Source of the DNA: Minutocellus sp. GHC0000111
Lineage: Eukaryota
NCBI GenBank assembly: GCA_977018835.1
Contig: OZ361256.1
Coordinates: 4,340,001-4,404,000 of the forward strand
Direction of reading: 5' to 3'
DNA: 64,000 nucleotides
The notes below the pieces were generated by a model. That model was not told the DNA's origin. It made no database searches and saw only the letters and a program-made list of their open reading frames with translations. Both the position numbers and the translations under genes were made by a program. This document shows, in pieces, positions 23,263 to 36,045 of the stretch (its first letter is position 1; each line of letters begins with the position of its first letter).

Positions 23263-24705
23263 ATGGGCCGCTCCCTTGCCGACCTGCTGGACGCCCAGGA
23301 GAAGCGTGGCGGTGGTCACAGAAGCAGAGGTGACGGTGGTAACAGCCGACATTGGCACGATGATAATGCAGATCGCAGACGCCAGCCGCCACGCGGTCGT
23401 GACCAGGGCACCTCCTCGCGATGGCAGAACGATGACGATAGTCGGCAGAACTCATATGCCGGAAGGGGTGCTGCATCCCCATCAACGTCGTCTCGATGGA
23501 GCAATGTGGACCTGCGCACTTCTCAAAATAGCAACCGTTCATCATATGGCCGCAATAGCGGCGCTGGTCTCGGAGGATATCACCGAGGACCCTCCATGTC
23601 GTATGAAGAACGGCGGGCTAGAATTGAGAGAGATGCGGTCGAAGCTAGTGAACGAGCCGCCAGTGGCAGGTACAATCGACACAGCAATGCCGACAACAAA
23701 GAAGATGAAGATATTTCCACGTGGATTGGGTCACTTGTGGAGGACGAAGAGACCGGAGAGAAAAGATGCACCTACTATCAGGATCGCGATAAGAAATATC
23801 CATTCTACTGCGGTGAGAAGGGATATGAGCTTTTACAAACACTGATGAAGGAAAACGCAGCATTATTGGAGTTGAATCGGCAACGAATAGAGGAAGAAGC
23901 AGACAGTGCCCCTGAAACTGGTAGACCATACTCGCCCGACGTTATAGTGCGAATCGGCAAGGGACTGTATGCTCACAAACCAACTCTTCGAACCAAGGGC
24001 GTTACATGGAGCACAGAGGAGTACAGCCATCCGGGATTGCAGAGGATGTATCTACGGATGAAGTCCATTCAGAGATTTACAGAAATATGGGCACTGCTGG
24101 AACGAGCAGATGCAATCGGTACATTTGATCGCATTTATGAGAAAGCATCAGGCACAATCAGAATAGCTGCTGTTGGCGGCGGACCAGGGTATGAACTGCT
24201 GGCTGCCCGGCTCTTTTTCAAGGAGAAATGCCCTGATATTACATTGGAGCTTATCTGCATGGACGTCTGTGAGGCTTGGAGACCATGTGCCGAAAAGCTG
24301 GGGTTTCGTTTCGTGCAGTACGATATTACCGATGACAGCACCGATCCGTTGGCGGCTTTAGGTCTGGATCCAGGGGAGCTCGATCTTTGTATTATCAGTT
24401 GCGTGATGATATACTGTACGACAAAGCAAACAATGGAAATGTTGTATAAGCTGCTTCATGATGGCGGTGTTGGCGCCACGTTGGTCAGCGAGCGGGGAGA
24501 AACGAATATTGCCTGCACCATGTTTGAGGAACTGGGAGGTTCGGTTATTCGACTCATTGACCAGTCACATGGCCTAGATGAACGGCAGGCGATCTGGTGT
24601 TCGAACGATTTCTATGAGACGAATCTTTTTAGCTCTTTGAAGTGCACAGATAGGAGCCAACCTACATTTCCTAACGTTCCTTTTGAGGAGCACAAGTGCA
24701 GGTGA
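23263..24705 (+). CDS. SAM-dependent methyltransferase-like protein with R/G/S-rich N-terminus
   Basis: IAAVGGGPGYE motif I, acidic residue after strand 2 (CMD), and YDI. Confidence 0.65.
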   Translation: MGRSLADLLDAQEKRGGGHRSRGDGGNSRHWHDDNADRRRQPPRGRDQGTSSRWQNDDDSRQNSYAGRGAASPSTSSRWSNVDLRTSQNSNRSSYGRNSGAGLGGYHRGPSMSYEERRARIERDAVEASERAASGRYNRHSNADNKEDEDISTWIGSLVEDEETGEKRCTYYQDRDKKYPFYCGEKGYELLQTLMKENAALLELNRQRIEEEADSAPETGRPYSPDVIVRIGKGLYAHKPTLRTKGVTWSTEEYSHPGLQRMYLRMKSIQRFTEIWALLERADAIGTFDRIYEKASGTIRIAAVGGGPGYELLAARLFFKEKCPDITLELICMDVCEAWRPCAEKLGFRFVQYDITDDSTDPLAALGLDPGELDLCIISCVMIYCTTKQTMEMLYKLLHDGGVGATLVSERGETNIACTMFEELGGSVIRLIDQSHGLDERQAIWCSNDFYETNLFSSLKCTDRSQPTFPNVPFEEHKCR

Positions 24706-25210
24706 TGCATTTGCTTACAATTTGATCTAATCTTTCCATAAATAACACAAAGGGTACACTTTTCAACAAAAAAGGGCATCAAACTCATTTCACGGCAACG
24801 TATGTAATGATCAAAATGCGTCTGGAGGGATGCATTGCTCTGTGGAGAGCCTCGGACCGATAATCATTTTGGGAAAGCGTTTAGTCTCTTGGACAATTTG
24901 ATTGCTCCGCGGTGAAATATTCCATTGTATGTCGGTGCCATCAGGCGCCGACATCACGTTTGGCTATGTACTCTACTACCTAGGTAGCTCCATCCGGCGT
25001 AGGTACCGATTCGCTGGATTCAGCGTACAGCTACTAGCTTCGTAGTCTAGCTAGATGAGAAAGGCAGGCGAACTGGTGTTGGAATGACTTCTTCAATGCT
25101 AAATTAATCTATTGAGTTGTGAGAAGGGTGATAGCAACCAGTCTACTTTCTCCAACGTTCATTTTGAGGCGCACAGACACAAGCGCGATGAGAATGATGT
25201 AAAATCTTGT

Positions 25211-26601
25211 TTAGGGCAGACTGCCATCGCCAGGAACTAAATATGAATCAACACTGGAAAGGGTTTTCCCGCTCAACATTTTGGGCGGTCGGGTTCCTCC
25301 TGAAATTTCATCGGCACCACCTGGAACACAAAATTTCATTCCATCATTCGTCATCCCAGTCGTCGATTGGTATAAACATCTGTTATTCTGGTATAATTTG
25401 ACGCCTTCGCTGGCAAGGATGCTCCCTGCTCCTTCTGGCGGGGCCATTACAGCCCAAACACGCCGACCACTGATAGCTTCGAAGAGAGAACCGAAAATGT
25501 CACTTCTGTCTCATTGAGTAATCCTCTTTTGTCGAACCGTTTGCGTGTGGAATAACGAGATGGGTCGCCTTCTTCAACTGCTTCGAAGCCCTGGTTGATA
25601 TGAGCAACCTCCTCGTAAATGTCATTGACACCAGGAATCCCAGCACCGCATAAAGCGATGAATCCACCCTTGCTTTGCACCTGGAGTGTTTGCAGAATTC
25701 GAGACGGATCAACCAAGCCTGACTCACTCACAGGCCCGACAAGATCAGTCGGTGATATCATGCGAAGTTCCAACATAGAGGCACACTTTCTAGCGACTTG
25801 AAGACGTCTGTCCTCCAAAGCTAGACCAGGGCTTTCTTCTTGCGCCATCCAAAGTTTGATGGCACAGAAGAGTATCCACGCAAAAGGGTGGAAACGTTCC
25901 TTATGAGATAGCGCAAGCAGACTTCTAGCACTGAGGAAAGCTACTCCCGGGCGGTTGCCCACCAGTAAGCAAGTGCTGGGCTGACCCCAAATCCAAACTA
26001 ATACAGTGCCCAAGAAATGTTTCAAAGATGGCAAATGCATAAAAACCTCAAAGAGGAGGCAAATGCAAGCTCCTCTTTCGTCCTCTTTTGTTTCTTGAAT
26101 GGTTTTCTTAATCTCTTCGAACGTCTTTTCTTTGAGCGGGTCGAGGCCATAGTAGTCCGCCGCCGCGCAAAGCTTCGCGGCCAAGTTCATTCTCTCGAGG
26201 AGGTCTGAGTCCAAGGCATCCAATGCTGGCACATCATCAGTACAGCAGTAATGGACCAACGCCTTGAGCACTGGCGAAGGATAGTCCATATGAACCTCCT
26301 CTTCGCTGGCCTCTTTGAACTGGCCGACCAATAAGTGTTGGAAGACCTCTGACCGAGCTGATAAATACACGCGAATGGCCGGTATACGCCCACCATCAGA
26401 GCCAATTAGCGTAACATCGCATAGGTCGGGATTTTCCAAGGTCGCCAGCAAATCATTCGTCAGCTTCTTTCCTCGAGGACTTGGACCCGTCCCATCGGCC
26501 TTGCGCTTCTTCGAGGAACCGTTCTGGTTCGCGGAATTGTTATTGTTATTATCCGACATGATATGTGCCACTTTGGCAAAGTTTCGAAAAAGATACGCCA
26601 A
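25211..26601 (-). CDS. BTB/POZ domain protein; probable frameshift near 25460
   Basis: DLCDVTL, YLSARSEVF, LVHYCCTD and AADYYGL motifs. ORF 25211-25447 follows in another frame. Confidence 0.8.
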
Positions 26602-26831
26602 ATGCCTCGATCCCTGCTATCCTTCCAAATGAAATACGTCCCCGGATGTGACTGCGTTATTCAGAACAACTGCCAGCTGGTTTTCGAGAAGAAGTCAACA
26701 TACCAATGTTGTGCTTCCGCCCGGCTCCTCTCTTGCTGCAAAAAATCGGGATCAAAACCCCAAGTGCGTCGACGCCCCGCCGCCGCCCGTCATTTTCCAT
26801 CCGCCTGGTTGAATCGAATCTCCACCAGACC

Positions 26832-29291
26832 ATGGCGACTCCAGCAACCGAAGACTCGCCACCACCTGCCCCCGCGGCCCTCCCACTGTCGCAGGATGCC
26901 GACTTTGCGGCTTTTTCGGCGTCGGCTCAATCGCTCGATCATAGCGGCGAAGTCGTGACCGTCCCTGATGAACCAGCACCAAACGATGCCGCCGCCGCAC
27001 CGCTTCAAGCCGATGATGCGGCCGCCACAGCTTCTCCTGAATTGGATGCAACTGTGGAGAGATCCCGTGAGGAATTGTTGGAGAAATTGACCATATCTTC
27101 TCCTGTCGATACGCCCGATGCGCCCCCGACCAGAGGACGGTGGGCCACCCCCAGGGATTTTGAACTCCTCAAAGTAATCGGCATGGGCGCCTTCGGAAAG
27201 GTCCTGCAGTGCCGCAATAAGGCGTCGGGGGAGATTCTGGCCATGAAGGTCATTAGCAAACGTCTCCTGCGACGCAAAACATCGTACGTCGAAAACATCC
27301 AAGCCGAACGCGACATACTCACCAAATGCCACCATCCCTTCATCGTCAACATGAGATGCAGCTTTCAGACGCGGGAAAAGGTGTTCATCGTCATGGACTT
27401 TTTGAGCGGTGGGGAATTGTTCTTGAGGTTGGGACGGGAGGGCATCTTTCGGGAGCGCACGGCCGCGTTTTACGTCGCCGAGATTGTACTGGCGTTGGAA
27501 CTTTTGCACAACCGTGGCGTCCTTCATCGTAAGTTATTCATTTCATGTGTGGATTGAAAATATTTATTGGATAATTGTGCCATTTTTTATGCCATCATAT
27601 TCTCATTGCTTCGTGCTCGATTTACACTTTGAACAGGCGACTTGAAGCCCGAAAACATTCTGCTATCAAAGGACGGCCACATTTGCATTACTGATTTTGG
27701 CTTGGCCAAGGATACGTCCGAGGAGGGCTTCACGCATGAGGATGGTCGGGCCTACACCGTTTGTGGTACTCAGGAGTACATGGCACCGGAGATGATTGCG
27801 CGCAAGGGATATGACAAGGCGGCCGACTTTTGGTCTTTGGGTTGCATCACGTACGAGATGTTGGCTGGCAAACCACCCTTTGAAACGCGCAAGGGATCGA
27901 AAGAACTGTTTCGTATGATTATGAATCAGCGCGTCAAGATGCCCGATGGCGCCTCGGCATCGGCGTGCAAGATCCTCAAGGGGCTGTTGCATCGAGATAC
28001 GCAAAAGCGATTGGGTGCGGCCAAGTCCACCATGTTTGAGGTCGGTGGCATTGCTGGATTGAAGCAACAGCCATTCTTTGATGGGTTGGATTGGGTCAAG
28101 TTGGAGAGGAAGGAGATTGAACCACCCGAACGATTTGAGGTGGAGAATGACGAAGACCTCAAGCATTTTCATGATGAATTTACCAAGATGACCATCCCCC
28201 GGTCGGTCAAGGAGATGAACAAGGCCACCTTCAAGCCTCGGCATATCGAGAGCGATATGTTCAAAGGGTTCTCGTTTGTCCATGATGATTTTGCTCTGCC
28301 TGATCGCGGGGAGAACGAGGAGGAAGACTATTGGAATGCCCCAGACTCGGATGCCTACTCGGCGTCGGAATGTGCCTCGAGTGCCTTTGGAGATGACATC
28401 GGAGAGCAAGCCAATGCCGAGCCGCCTCAACCGGCCAAGAAGAAGCGGCCACCTCGCAAGAAGAAGAAAAAGAAGGCCGCCGAGGATGCCGCATCGGTGA
28501 CTTCCGAAGCGACATCTCAAGCGGCTTCGCAGGTTGCCAAGGAGGACCCTGCGGGTCCAATTTCTGCGGGAGAACCTGCATCGGTAGAGAGTGGTGACAA
28601 GACGGCGTCGGTTTCTGCCGAGCCAACTGAGCAAGAAAGAGTTGAGGCTGCGAAGGCCACTGCGCCCAAACCCCCAGTATCTTTGCGACCACACCGCCCT
28701 GCACATCCATCTCCGGAGGAGAAGAAGGTAATGGCGACGGCATCACCGCCGACTATGACCCTACCTCCAGCCCAAGCGCCAACGCCCAAGGTCGCCAAGC
28801 CTCCTGCTCCTACATGGGAGACTGTGAAGAAGCCCGTCAAGAATCCACCGAGGAGCATGGGCAATCCTCAGCCACAGCCGGTACGACCAGTCGGTTCGTC
28901 AGGGTGGAATAGTCAGCCTCCGGTACGGCGACAGCCTCCACCGCCGCCATTGGCGCGACCGATGACGCAGTCTTCTCCTCAACCCAAGCCAGGATCGTGG
29001 GCTGCGAGGGCGCTGCCACCACAGCAGCAACCTCAGGGAAGCTCTCTCCGAGCCGGGGCAAGTACATTTAAGCCCGGTACGGCCAACGCTGGCCCGCCAT
29101 CCTCCCGACGCCCAGCTCCTTCTTCGGACTGGAGGTCTCACAAATTGCCCATCAGCCCTCGACATGGTCGGAAGCAATTTTCACCGCCGCAAGCGCCGCC
29201 TCAAGCCGATGAATTCCCAACGCTGGGAGGTATGAAGAAAAGTGCGAGCGCTGCGGCTGGTACTCCGGGGGCGTGGGGTGCAAAGCGGTAG
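26832..29291 (+). CDS. AGC protein kinase, ribosomal S6 kinase-like; intron 27529-27636
   Basis: GMGAFGKV, AMKV, spliced HRDLKPEN, DFG, CGTQEYMAPE and hydrophobic motif FKGFSF. Confidence 0.93.
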
Positions 29292-29411
29292 TAATGACAA
29301 AATGGTCGGGGGAGAACCTACAAAAAGAGAAAGGAAAAAGCAATAGAAAAAGTAGACAATGCGGGCTGATGAGCGGTGCCCACCGCAACAAATTTCTGCT
29401 CTAATGTCACA

Positions 29412-30053
29412 TGGGCCGGGATCTTCGTCGACGGCCAGGACCGTCGCTGCACTACATCGAAAACCTCGTGATGCAAAGCCAGCAATCGAACCGGACGCAC
29501 TCTTGAATGTCATCAGGGCGCGAGCCCATTACACAACAATACTCAAGTGCAGTCCCAAGCGATATGCGGCAAAGGCCGAGGCGGAAGGATTGGGCCGGGA
29601 TCTTCGTCGACGGGCAGGACCGTCGCATCATTGGGTCCCTAGATTGATCCCGGCAGATCTCTCTACACCAGCAATCCGAGAGATCTGTCGAATGAAAGTA
29701 GGCATTTACCGTTGGTTGGGTTGGTATCTTTCTCTCGTGTCTCTCTCGCTGAGATGATACTCTGGCCGACGGAACACGGCATCGTGCATCCGATAGCTCG
29801 ACGCTTGGCTTTTTACACCATGTGTGACAAGCATCTTCAGCTGGAGCCAGTCCGACAAACCTCGAGCATCGGCATCGTCGAGCAAGGGTCGGTGGAGGGT
29901 CAGGTTGGGTCAGCATCTCTCGCTGAGATTATACTCTGGCTTCCGGAAATCGTCGCTGCTTGGCATCGGAAACCCGGGCAAGGCCAGCAATCGAACCGGA
30001 CGCACTCTTGAATGTCATCAGGGCGCGAGCCCATTACACAACAATACTCAAGT
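29412..30053. repeat. Cluster of interleaved direct repeats
   Basis: 71-bp exact repeat at 29478-29548 and 29983-30053; 36-bp repeat at 29412-29447 and 29591-29626; 25-bp repeat at 29742-29766 and 29916-29940. Confidence 0.85.
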
Positions 30054-30663
30054 AATTGCAAACCGAAACGACTTCCATCAGTTAGAGTTCTAAATCGTCC
30101 AGACTCACTACTTGATAGTATAATAACACTGTCCTCGTTTATGTGACTCTTGAATGTTGCCGGGGTGATCCACTTTCGCGAGCTCGTAGACAAAGCAGAC
30201 GGATCCACCGAGTGGTGTTTGGATCAAATCCAATCTTGCAATCGTCGCAGTCATTGGATCCGTAAATCAAATAAACGAACTTTTCACCACTCTATCTTTC
30301 CTTGCTGTAATGTTTTCCTGGAGCTTATCTGGAAGTTGGGAAAGAGTACAAGTACAAAGGTTTGGGATACCTTTGCGAGCTTTGTTTCGAGGCTCAAAGT
30401 GCGAGGAGTGGAGTGGAGTGGAAAGCAAGGGCACCGTCGCCACGTGAGACGTGACAGATGTTGTCGATTGTTTTGTGAAATGAGGAATGGGAATTTTGCG
30501 GAGGATGTGACGTAGGAAGCAAGACATATTAATCACCGCACCAGGTTCAGCAGGTTGAGCTTGAGGCAGGCAGACCAACACAACAAAATCGATTGAATCG
30601 ATAACGGTACTACAGTAGTCTAGAGTAATAACGTTCTTAGCTCACAGTAGCTACTAACCGCAG

Positions 30664-32445
30664 ATGAATGCTATCCGAGCCTTGGTGGAAGGCGCCGCCG
30701 GAGGGGGCGCGAGAGGTAGGGCAGCCATGGGAGGAGGAGGAATCGATGTGGATCTTTTAGGAGAAAGTGGAACACAGCCTATCAGAGATGCAAACGTACT
30801 ACATCCATCGTACGTATTATCGCAGAGTAATGCCGAGCGTATTGCGATCGGACAAGGAGAGGAGGAGGGATCACACAACATCGCTCCCAACAACACCTCG
30901 ACCTCGGCTTCGAGCGCTTCTCTTCTTGAGGCTGCCACAGAGCACCAGACAACCGAGCAATCTATCGAAGCGTCGTCGTCGTCATCGTCAGAAGCCTCCT
31001 CGTCAGTAGAAGTTTCCGGAATTGGATATTGGACCAGCTCTAGCAGCGGCCGCAGCTTCGATAGTACACTCGACGGAGTGAGTGAGACGAGCTTGGATGG
31101 ACCACCTCATGCCCCTCCTCCTGGAAGCCTTTCGCCCATCTCCAACGCGAACGCATCTCACGTCCACAACGCGTCGATGGCCAGTCCAGGCCTGGGTGGG
31201 AATGGAGTGGATGAGGATCTTCCAGCTCTGGCGGCGCTTTCCAACGGCCCCTCCTCCGATACGAGCGATGCCGTTGGTGGCAGTCAGCAGCAGGAGGAGA
31301 TAGAACAGAATACCAGCAACGACGATGCCCTCCCACTTCCGGAGGACAACGACGAGGAACTGCAAGAGGGGGGCGGCGAGGACACTGGGACGAATCTCGC
31401 CGAGGACGACCATACGGCAGGCGGCAATACATCCGATTTGTCTCTAAAGGAACCTACGCCGTTTGCAATCGAGACGGCAGCGGGCAAGCATTGGGCGGAT
31501 GGGAAAAGATTTCCAAGCGGGGCGGTTATCCATGGCATCAAGCTAATGCTTTCAAAATCGTTACTTGGGAAAGGTAAGCGAGGTGTCGATGCATGTAACG
31601 TATTGGTGCAAACAAAGCCACGTGGACCTTACCAAAAGTATGCCCGTCGCCAAAACGATTGCGGTAGTTTTGTGGTGGATCTTCTACGTGATATGGGGTA
31701 TCATCGATTGCTCACTATTGCCGCAGAGGCTGCATACCGCGGCGATGTGCGTGCGCACGAAATCCCCGGTGGAGCCAGAATGGATGGGGCCTGCGCTGTC
31801 ATTGTCGGTCCTCGAAATGTCACGGAGGACAACGATGGTGTCCGCATCGCTCGTCGTGCATTTTGCGTTCCTGATTCTATGTTCAATTGTCTCAAGGCCA
31901 CCGACAGAGACCTTGCTCTCGCCCCCTTTTCTGGAGAGTCTGACGTAGGTGTCTTTCTCAGGACCCTCCTTTGCGATCAGTATGGCAAAGCGCCCTCGTT
32001 CGGAGAACTGATGGAATGGACCAATAGGGAGTACGCCCTTCCTTTCCAACTCGTTCGTTGTACCAACAAGCTCTTTCCAGGTATTGACGACGGTCATTTT
32101 GAGCACAAATTGGGGTACTTGCTTAACCTGTCCGCAAATGAGCCGACTCGAATGTTTCTTTTGCAGTCCTGGTGCAAGGATGACGGCACGACGAGCCATT
32201 TCATTGCTTTAGTAGGAGGTACCGTCTATGATAACGATGCATCAACGGGAGGTAGGTTTGATGCGAGGCAATATGCCGATGAATTCTTATCTGGAGTGAA
32301 GAAGGCCGTCGAGATCGTCCTTCGCCCCCGCCCGACTATGAAGAAGAAGCGAAAGAGGTCCAGGAAGCAGAAGAAGCGCGATCTGGCGCAGCAGCAGGAG
32401 AACGACGATGTACGTGCCAACAAGAAGGCTCGATTGAATGGTTGA
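30664..32445 (+). CDS. Hypothetical protein, possible papain-like peptidase motifs, basic NLS
   Basis: 593-aa intronless ORF with QNDCGSFV, FCVPDS..SHFIAL..VYDND and KKKRKRSRK. Confidence 0.55.
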   Translation: MNAIRALVEGAAGGGARGRAAMGGGGIDVDLLGESGTQPIRDANVLHPSYVLSQSNAERIAIGQGEEEGSHNIAPNNTSTSASSASLLEAATEHQTTEQSIEASSSSSSEASSSVEVSGIGYWTSSSSGRSFDSTLDGVSETSLDGPPHAPPPGSLSPISNANASHVHNASMASPGLGGNGVDEDLPALAALSNGPSSDTSDAVGGSQQQEEIEQNTSNDDALPLPEDNDEELQEGGGEDTGTNLAEDDHTAGGNTSDLSLKEPTPFAIETAAGKHWADGKRFPSGAVIHGIKLMLSKSLLGKGKRGVDACNVLVQTKPRGPYQKYARRQNDCGSFVVDLLRDMGYHRLLTIAAEAAYRGDVRAHEIPGGARMDGACAVIVGPRNVTEDNDGVRIARRAFCVPDSMFNCLKATDRDLALAPFSGESDVGVFLRTLLCDQYGKAPSFGELMEWTNREYALPFQLVRCTNKLFPGIDDGHFEHKLGYLLNLSANEPTRMFLLQSWCKDDGTTSHFIALVGGTVYDNDASTGGRFDARQYADEFLSGVKKAVEIVLRPRPTMKKKRKRSRKQKKRDLAQQQENDDVRANKKARLNG

Positions 32446-32814
32446 GGAAGTCCACCAATTTTACGATGTCCCCCGACAATCAACACAATCGATTTCTTCC
32501 ATTCGCCGCGTGCGGTCTCCAAACTCACCGGATCCCAACAATATATACCTCCATAGCCTTTTTAATCATATCTTTCATTGCTAACCCATTCCTCTGTGAG
32601 ATCGACCGACTCAAATAGACTAAGAAATAGAACCGAATACACTGGTGGTACGCCCGCTTGATCCCTTCCTAGGGACAGCGGCCACCAGTGGGCTACGGCC
32701 ATTCCGCGTGCGAGCGCACTTCTACTGTAGCTTACTGTAGACACACTGACTGTGCCATGGGATAGTCTGTACTCTCACGCCCTGTTGTATTCCAGTCGCA
32801 TCAATTGGATTTGA

Positions 32815-35583
32815 TTATGGCATCAGATCTGACTCGAGGTCGCCGAAGGACTGCTTCTTCGGGGACGCATCCTTTGACAAGTAGAAACTCACGTTGCTGG
32901 CCTCTGCATCAAGCAGTGCATTGACGCACACTTGCGCAACATCCGCCCTGGAGACGGGAGACACCCCCTTGTTGTCTGTCTTGTACCGGAGCTTGCTCGA
33001 GGAGGTCGTCGGTTCTTCGTTGTAGCCGGCGACCCTGACAATGCAGTAGCTTTAGAGCAAAGGATAATGAAGAAGGGCAGAGGGAAAGCAAAGTAAGAGG
33101 TTGAATCTGATGCAGACTCGCCGAAGCAATACACCACACAGCGACACTCACTTCAACCCACTATCTCGCAGCAGCTTTTCCCCCTTGTACTTGAAGTAAG
33201 TCTCTTCGTTGCTTCGATCCATCCGATTCTCGGTAACTCGCTTTGCTTCTTGCTCGTCAAAGATTCGGTATGCATCAGCTACAGAGCTTCCACCCTCTAG
33301 CGCAGACCCATTGCCCTCCAACGCCAACGCCGGGATAATTTGCTTCACATCATCTCGCACCATGCCATTCTTTACAGTTGGCGGTATTCTGGCGTCGCTC
33401 AAGTAGATGAATTCCGGCTCGGGAGGTGAACGGTACACTTTGATGTAGCTGAGCGCTAGATAGAACTTGCGTCGATTGCGTTGGGGGTTGATGTTTTTGA
33501 ACAGTGACGGTAAAAGATCCATGTTGCGACTTCCCCGAAAGCGAAATCCAATCTGTCGAACATCGGTTCCTGCAAAAGGTGGCGCTTGCCTATCGATCTC
33601 ACCGTTCTTCATGGCTTTGAACTGCGAAAAAGGCAATCGGACCGACGTAAATTTGTTTCTTGATTGCTTTTCGTTGGGCTGCTTCGTTCCAGTGCCAAAT
33701 TCACAGACGTACTCTACCCCCGAGCGTTCGTACTCGGCCGTTCGAACAAAACATTCGTAAATGCCTCCATCTGAACACAACCGGCAAACAAATCCAGCAA
33801 AGCCGAGGCCGAGGTCCAGACCACTTTCGGGATCCTCTCGAGAGCTAAGACGACTACTCACAACGGCTGCTTCACCCGCCAGAGAAGAGCTTGCCGCAGG
33901 TCCAGTCGGTACACTCCCAACAAAAACGGCATTGCCAAAATCATTCTTGATCCAATCGCATTGTGCTCTTGGTCCACCTCGTTTTCGTCGTTTGGCCGTC
34001 GGCGGAGCATCGGCGCCCTCTTCAGTGCTGTAATCAATCTCTTCTTGATCATTGCTCTTTGTATCATCTTCATCATCCACATCGATTGCAAACAGATTAA
34101 AATCCTCTGGGCGTTTATCAAACTTGAACAACGATCGTTTGGCAGCCTGGCCCGTGCCATAGTCGGCATGTCGCACATTCTGATACGCATGGATAATGTT
34201 GGCCATACCAATTGCGTCCACCTGCTCGGCCAACTTGGAACGGACCTCCAGCACCGATTCCAATCGATTCCAATCCTCGGCTTCCATTTCGGCCAAATGC
34301 CGTCGCGTCGAGGCGGCACCAATCCCATCGACGTCGTCTTCCTCTTCGGATATCCCCTCCCCATTGCTACTGAGCAAATTTTCCTGCACGTAGGCCTCAA
34401 ATCTCGAACGAAAATCCTCCTCGTCGGGTCGAGGCGCACCGGCACAAAACACAATCTTGTCTACGTCTGTCAGAGCATACTCCAAGCTTTCCACGTTGCC
34501 CAAATCGCCCTGGCAGTAGGTAACGCCGGTGCCCAATATGTTGAGGGTGCGGGAGTACAAATCCCGCACCAGCACACGGACACGGAATCGTCCATCGAGC
34601 AACAGTCGTCGTACGACCAACCTACCCACAGCACCGGTGGCACCTACGACCAGTACCTCGGGGGCCAGGTCGTCGGCGTCCATCCGATCAAACAGTGGAT
34701 TGCGTTCGGCACCATAGAGGGCAGAACTGGAGGATTCCATGAATCGATCGTCGAGGTAATATCCCATTTTGGCTGACGAGCCTCGACCGGCCAGGGTGGT
34801 CAGGGCGGTATCGAGCGTCCGACGGAGCTTCTGACCGGCCTTGTAGGGATCGAGAGTTTCCAGCAGGCTCTCTTTGTTGTTGCTTTTGTTTGATTTGTTG
34901 CTGCTGGATTTTGAGTCCTGACCATCGACATCAGCATCGCTTTCATTTGAATCATTATCAATTGCCTGCCGCTCCTCCTTTCGCTTCTTCTTTTCCTTCT
35001 GCGACTTGAGCTTGGCCCACCACGGCTTTCTGCCACGTCGATTTGATTTGCTGCTGTTGGTGGTGCTGCTTTTGATTTGTTCTGGAGATGCATCACAGTT
35101 GTCATCATCTTGCTGTGAGCTGGCTTGCAATAATTGCATGCGATTCATGCGGCCACTCCCAGCAGAGTTGCGAATTCTGGAATCGCATTTATGCGCACGC
35201 GTTCCAAATGAGCCTGCTTGTCGAGACGAACCAATCAACATTTGAGAAGAAGTATGTCTGGATTGTTTATGTGCAATAATTGGCGGAGGTTGATACGCAA
35301 AGGCAGTCCCATACGTGCTGCTGCTGCTGGAAGTGACCGAGGAGATGGTCAGCACGAGCATCACGACGGCCGCAGCCGCCGCCGAATGGCTCGAGCAGCA
35401 GCGCCCTCCACGAAAGAGCGGCGGTGCCGCGGGAGCCCATAGTTCTGGCATGTCATCTCCATGTCCTGACGGAGTTGCCGGGGTCGGCCGTTGCCGCTTC
35501 TTTGCTCTGCGTTGCATCGTTTGGGGACGGTATCTTTCTCCCTTCCCGATGTTGCGTTCCGGCTGTTTCGGCCACTTTCTCAT
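32815..35583 (-). CDS. NAD(P)-binding NmrA-like / CIA30 domain protein; intron 33050-33151
   Basis: VLVVGATGAVG and a CIA30-like insert. The spliced last exon reads NYCIVRVAG..VSRADVAQVCVNAL..*. Start uncertain. Confidence 0.85.
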
Positions 35584-36045
35584 CTTGTGCCTTCAAGTTC
35601 AAAATCAGGGGCAAAATGCCTTCTCTTCCCTTTTCTTTGCCCCTCAAAGAAAAAGTCACTTGGTACAACCGACGGCCAGACCGATCGCTCCCGTGTCGTC
35701 GCGTCTTGCTTTTTCAGAAACCTTCGTTTCCAATGAGCGTCATGAACTGCACTTCTCGTTCGTATTTCTCTCGAAATTCATGTCCGCGTGGAACAATGAT
35801 GACGTGGCATATCGACGCCGAGAAAACTTTCCTCCTCAAAACGTGCTTTTTGATCGCCCAGTCCTGGTCTGAGTCATCCAACCGGTCCACGATGGCGCCA
35901 AGGGCCACGGCAGAAGATCGATCGACGACGTCGGTCCCCTGCTTGCGTGAGCATCAATCCACCTCGTGCGGACTCATTCTCCGAGCCTGCTTAGCCTGTA
36001 CCCAAGAGCGCAACTGCTAACACCGCTGTTGCACATTTTCAAATC

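Noticed and set aside
29412..30053. CRISPR-like array
   Set aside because: Only pairs of repeats with irregular spacing, no cas genes, eukaryotic context.
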